Assembly (NCBI GenBank): GCA_951406725.2
Contig: OX597827.1
Coordinates: 69,192,001-69,256,000 of the forward strand
DNA from: Octopus vulgaris
Lineage: Eukaryota
DNA: 64,000 nucleotides
Direction: 5' to 3'
Part shown: positions 59,420 to 64,000 of the stretch, piece after piece
Numbering within the stretch: the first letter of the stretch is position 1
Layout: every line of letters begins with the position of its first letter
The notes under the pieces: model-generated
What the model saw: the letters and a program-made list of their open reading frames with translations, nothing else
Told to the model about the DNA's origin: nothing
Database searches by the model: none
Made by a program: the position numbers and the translations under genes

Positions 59420-60877
59420 GTGAGTAGAAAATATAAGAAAACGAAACAGCCGAGGAATGAGAGAGATGAGTCTGGGTCGGAATAAATATTAATAATCCTT
59501 TTTACTATAGACACAATGCCTGAAATTTAGGGGAATGGGCGATCTTTCGTCTCTAGTAGACCTTTCCGTCGATTACACAACATTCTGTCTGTCTCCTACA
59601 CCCCATCAAACACACACACACACACACACATGTACATCAATGCCCCCATGCACGGTAACTTCAAAAGAACTTCCCTTGTCATACAATCGCTTTCTCTTAG
59701 TCTCTTTCGCTCTCATTACTTCAAAAGTTCCCGCAAGCCCATATGTAAAAAAAAAAAAAAAATTTTTTTACGGAAATCGACGGAAAGGTCTACTAGAGAC
59801 GAAAGATTGCCGGGGAATGTAGTTAGTTGATTTCGTCGACCCCGAAAGGATAAAAGGCAAAGCTGACCTCGGCGGAATTTGAACTCAGAACGTAAAGACG
59901 GACGAAATGTCGCAAATCGTTGTTGTCCGGCGTGCTAACGATTCTGCCAGCTCACCGCCTTCGACCTCCCCCTCCCTTCTTAATATTAACAATAATAGGT
60001 GTCTACCACGTGTTATTGAAGGAGCTTTCCACTTCGTGGTCGCGCTACCGGCTAGAAATAGCAGTTAAATTTCCATCTAATTACCGTTAGATAACGTAGT
60101 CCGACAGTCTCCTCAAGTGACGAGATGGTCATAGCAGGAACGCTCTAGAGAGAAAGAAAAAGAGGAGTTATGGACTTGAAAGTGAGAAAGATGGCGAGAG
60201 AAAAAACAAAAGACTGGAAGAAAATTAAAGAAAAACAGAGAGAGAGAGAGAAAGAGTCAAAAGTGGAAAAGAGGGGAGAGAAAGTGTGTGTGTGTGTGTG
60301 TAAAAATCGTTTAAACCGGGTCCGCCTAGAGCGCTCTTGTAATGACCATCTCATCAATTTAAGGGAATATCGGACTCTATTATGTCCTTTCCTTATCTAA
60401 GACTCTAAAAGTAATTTGATGGAAATTTGACTGCTATTTCTAGCCGGTGACGCGACCATAACGTGGAAAGCACCCTTAATAACACGTGGTAGTCTCCTGT
60501 CGTTGATAACATTAGCAGCTTCGTTAGCTCGCTGGACAAAGCGCTTGGCGACATTTCGTCCGTCTTTACGTCCTGAGTTCAAATTCCGCCGAGGTCAGCT
60601 TTGCCTTTTATCCTTTCGGCATCGATAAATTAAGTACCTGTGAAACACTGGAGTCGATGTAATCGACTAGACCCTTCCCCACAAATTTCAGGCCCTGTGC
60701 CTTTAGTAGACAGGATTAATAAGGCTGCGAGCTGGTAGAATCGTTAGCATGCCGAGCGAAATGCCACTAAGCACGTTCTGAGTTTAAAAGCCGCCTAAGT
60801 CGACTTTGCCTTTCATCGTTACAGGGTCGATAAAATAAGTACCAGTTGAATAGTGGGGTCGATGTGATCAACTTATC

Positions 60878-61485
60878 GGATCTTTACCTTTTGACCGACA
60901 GATTTAAACACTTTCAAACTTCGGACACTGATAGAATGTGTCATATAAAACATCTTTTACTCTTAGCGTTTTTGAGAAAAACTTATATTTACGAAGTTAT
61001 TTCATGTTAAAGTTGTCCTATTTTGGTAATTTCAACCAATCAGTGACGTGTATTCGGTTGAATAAAATTACTGCTGTTGTTTGTCAACAACTATCGGCGG
61101 TGTATATTTCTTTTGTCACTGTTATTTATGACAACCCTAACCCTAAAACCCTAATCCTAACACCCTAACCCTAAAACGTTAAAACCAGTACAAATGCATG
61201 AACGAAGTTATAAATAACAGTGACAAACAAAAAATACACCGCCGATAGTTGTTGTTGACAAACAATGGCAGTAATTTTATTCAGCTGAATACACGTCATT
61301 GATTGGTTGAAATTACCGAAATAAGACAACTTTTACGTGAAATAACTTCCTAAATATAAGCTTTTCTCAAAAACGCTAAGAGTAAAAGATGTTTTATATG
61401 ACACATTCTACCAGTGTCCGAAGTTTGAAAGTGTTTAGCTACAAAAAATTATTTTTTAAATCTGTCGGTCAAAAGGTAAAGATCC
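60878..61485. mobile_element. Long-TIR MITE with GG...CC ends and 8-bp TSD, inserted in a family B SINE
   Basis: TIRs ggatctttaccttttgaccgacagattt (~250-bp arms); TSD aacttatc; central (CCCTAA)-like tract at 61135-61175. Confidence 0.85.
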
Positions 61486-61942
61486 AACTTATCCCCTCCC
61501 CAAAGATTTCTGGCTTTGTGCTTATAGTAGAAAGGATTACTGTACAACAAATTTCAGGGTCAACTAAAAAAAACAGTTTTCATGTACATTTTATTACCAA
61601 GTTGATTGAGGTCGACTTTGCCTTTCATCCTTTCGGGGTCGTTTAAATAAGTACCAGTTGAACACTGGGGTTCGATGTAATCAACTCATCCCCTACCTTC
61701 CCTATGCTGCCCTTGTGGCAAAAATCAGAAATAATTATGAAGTTGATTGTGCTTAATTTGAATTTTATACTAAAAATTTCCCATCACATCACATTTTCTT
61801 GCAAGTTATTGACTTAATAACTATGCATTTTATACCAATTTCCACAATACCATAAATGTATTTTGTTCCCAAAGTTAGATTAAATATGTCCATTCTAATT
61901 AATTCATAAATATATAATGAATTGGCATGTTTGTTAGCATTA

Positions 61943-62244
61943 TCACCGTGACCGACCAGGCTATCAGATGTTGCTACACATCGCTGGTCACAATGCGCTT
62001 TGTATTGATTTAGCCTTCAATTGACGCCATCCCGCTGGCTAAGCGAGCAGGCCAAAAGAAGAAAGAGCGAGAGAAAGTTGTGGTGAAAGAGTACAGCAGA
62101 GATCGCCACCATCCCCTGCTGAAGACTCGTGGAGCTTTAGATGTTTTTGCTCAATAAACACTCATAACGCCCGGTCTGGGAATCGAAACCGCGATCCTAC
62201 GACCACGAGTCTGCTGTCCTAACCACTGGGCCATTGCACCTCCA
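61943..62244 (-). mobile_element. SINE family C
   Basis: Full length; flanked by ttgttagcattat direct repeats (TSD). Confidence 0.9.
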
Positions 62245-63518
62245 CTTGTTAGCATTATATAATGTATTAACCTACATTTTAGTATTTACTTCTTTGTTTA
62301 TAAGACATCTCAGGTGTGTCATGCTTCAGGTTCCAGCAGAAGTCAACCAGCATAGCTGGGCTCCATTTTCCCTTATACCTGTTTTCCATTGGCGCTATAT
62401 CTTGGTGGAACCTCTCTCCAAGTTCATTACTCACAAGCAAGAAATCAGAAGAAAATCACAAGGCATTTTTTTCCGACACTCTAATGATTCTGCTAAATCC
62501 TTTTTTTTAAAAATAAAATATGAGGTGTGGGGTGCCATTCAGGAAACAGGGCTACTAAGCTACAAAAAGTTTAAAAAGACATGGATGAAAAACCACGGAT
62601 ATTTTTTATTTTTTTAAAAAACTTTTTAAATTTAAAATTTTTTATTTACACTTAAAAATACATAAATATAATTTTGAATAAACAATTGTTTTTTGTTTTT
62701 TTTTCAAAATTTCTTTTCTCTCTCTCCCCCCTCTCTCTCTCTCATTTTATTTCTGAGGGGATTCTAAAAATACACAGATAATGGCATTTAAAAAAAAATT
62801 CACTGTTATCTTTTTTTCTTTATTTTCTATTTTAGGAGATTACACATTTCAAAATATGTAGATAACAATTCTGAATAAAATATTTTAAAAAACTTTTTTT
62901 TAAAATTTCAAATTACTTTGCAGAATTTTAATTTTTTCTTTCAAAATTTCAGTTTTTTCTAAAATTTCAAACACACACAAAATTTCAGTTTTTTCTAAAA
63001 TTCAAACACACACACAAAAAAGAAAAATTATTCATAATACTAGTACCTATTCTTTGCAATAATTTTCAGCAAATTTTCCATTTATGATCATAGACCGAAA
63101 GAAAACCTTAAAAATTACAGGCACACTTCACTGGCAAAGTTAGGAGAAAAAATCTATTTAAAATTTAAACATCCAGAAAAAGAATATTGAAAACTATTGA
63201 TTACTTTGATTTATCAATCCTAATTGTATGTAATATATATATTATGGCCGTGTAGTTAGGCTTTGCAACCACATAATTTCGGGTTCAGTCCCACTGTGCG
63301 GCACCTTGGGCAAGTGTCTTTTATTTTAACACATGACATACCAATGTCTTGTGAATAAATTTGGTAGATGAAAACTATGTGGAATCCCATCGAATATATA
63401 CATATATATATATATATTTATATATATATATATATATATATATAAATATATATATACATATATACATACATATGTATGTATATATATATATATATACATA
63501 TATACATACATATGTATG

Positions 63519-63751
63519 TACAGGGATGACCGAAAGTCACCTGACAGTAAATCAAAATTCTATAAATACTGTCTGTAATTCTGTTTTGAATCGAATGGAA
63601 AAAATGTGTTGCTCAAGAAGGACTTCAGTTTGAAAAATTTTCATGATGTTTCATATTTAGATGCTTTTATTAAATTCATTCAGTTGTTAAACATAAATCT
63701 TGGAATTAAATGGTTTTGATTTACTGTCAGGTGACTTTTGGCCAACCCTGT
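63519..63751. mobile_element. Tc1/mariner-type MITE
   Basis: TIRs cagggatgaccgaaagtcacctgacagtaaatcaaaa / ttttgatttactgtcaggtgacttttggccaaccctg. Confidence 0.85.
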
Positions 63752-63799
63752 GTGTGTGTGTGTATACATCCTTTGTGTTCTGTTTTTAATTTATATTTG

Positions 63800-63922
<123 letters not shown>

Positions 63923-64000
63923 TACATACATACATACATACATACACACATCTATTTGTGTATTGACACTACCATTGGTTTCATGCTAAGAAAGCCCTCA

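Overview
AT-rich, microsatellite-saturated animal genomic DNA. The SINE families and repeat landscape look like a coleoid cephalopod, probably Octopus (inference from recalled repeat families, not a search). Almost all ORFs in the supplied track are translations of (TA)n, (CA)n and (TAA)n repeats. The real content is as follows. (1) A probable minus-strand gene with a TATA box near 51.94 kb, a long pyrimidine-rich 5' UTR and a first coding exon at about 50.51-50.77 kb; its large first intron(s) probably cover the left ~50 kb. (2) A probable divergent plus-strand non-coding first exon at about 59.2-59.4 kb. (3) Three tRNA-derived SINE families, R4/Dong, CR1 and RTE LINE remnants, mariner/Tc1 remnants, non-autonomous Helitrons and several MITEs. 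The most notable hidden signal is a set of more than a dozen minimal type I hammerhead ribozyme motifs, intact or degenerate, from many unrelated Penelope-like short repeats. Most sit in (TA)n tracts and several are arranged as fold-back palindromes with a ribozyme on each strand. One is a head-to-head dimer of a tRNA-headed, hammerhead-tailed element (8069-8693). Coordinates were read by eye and may be off by a few bases.
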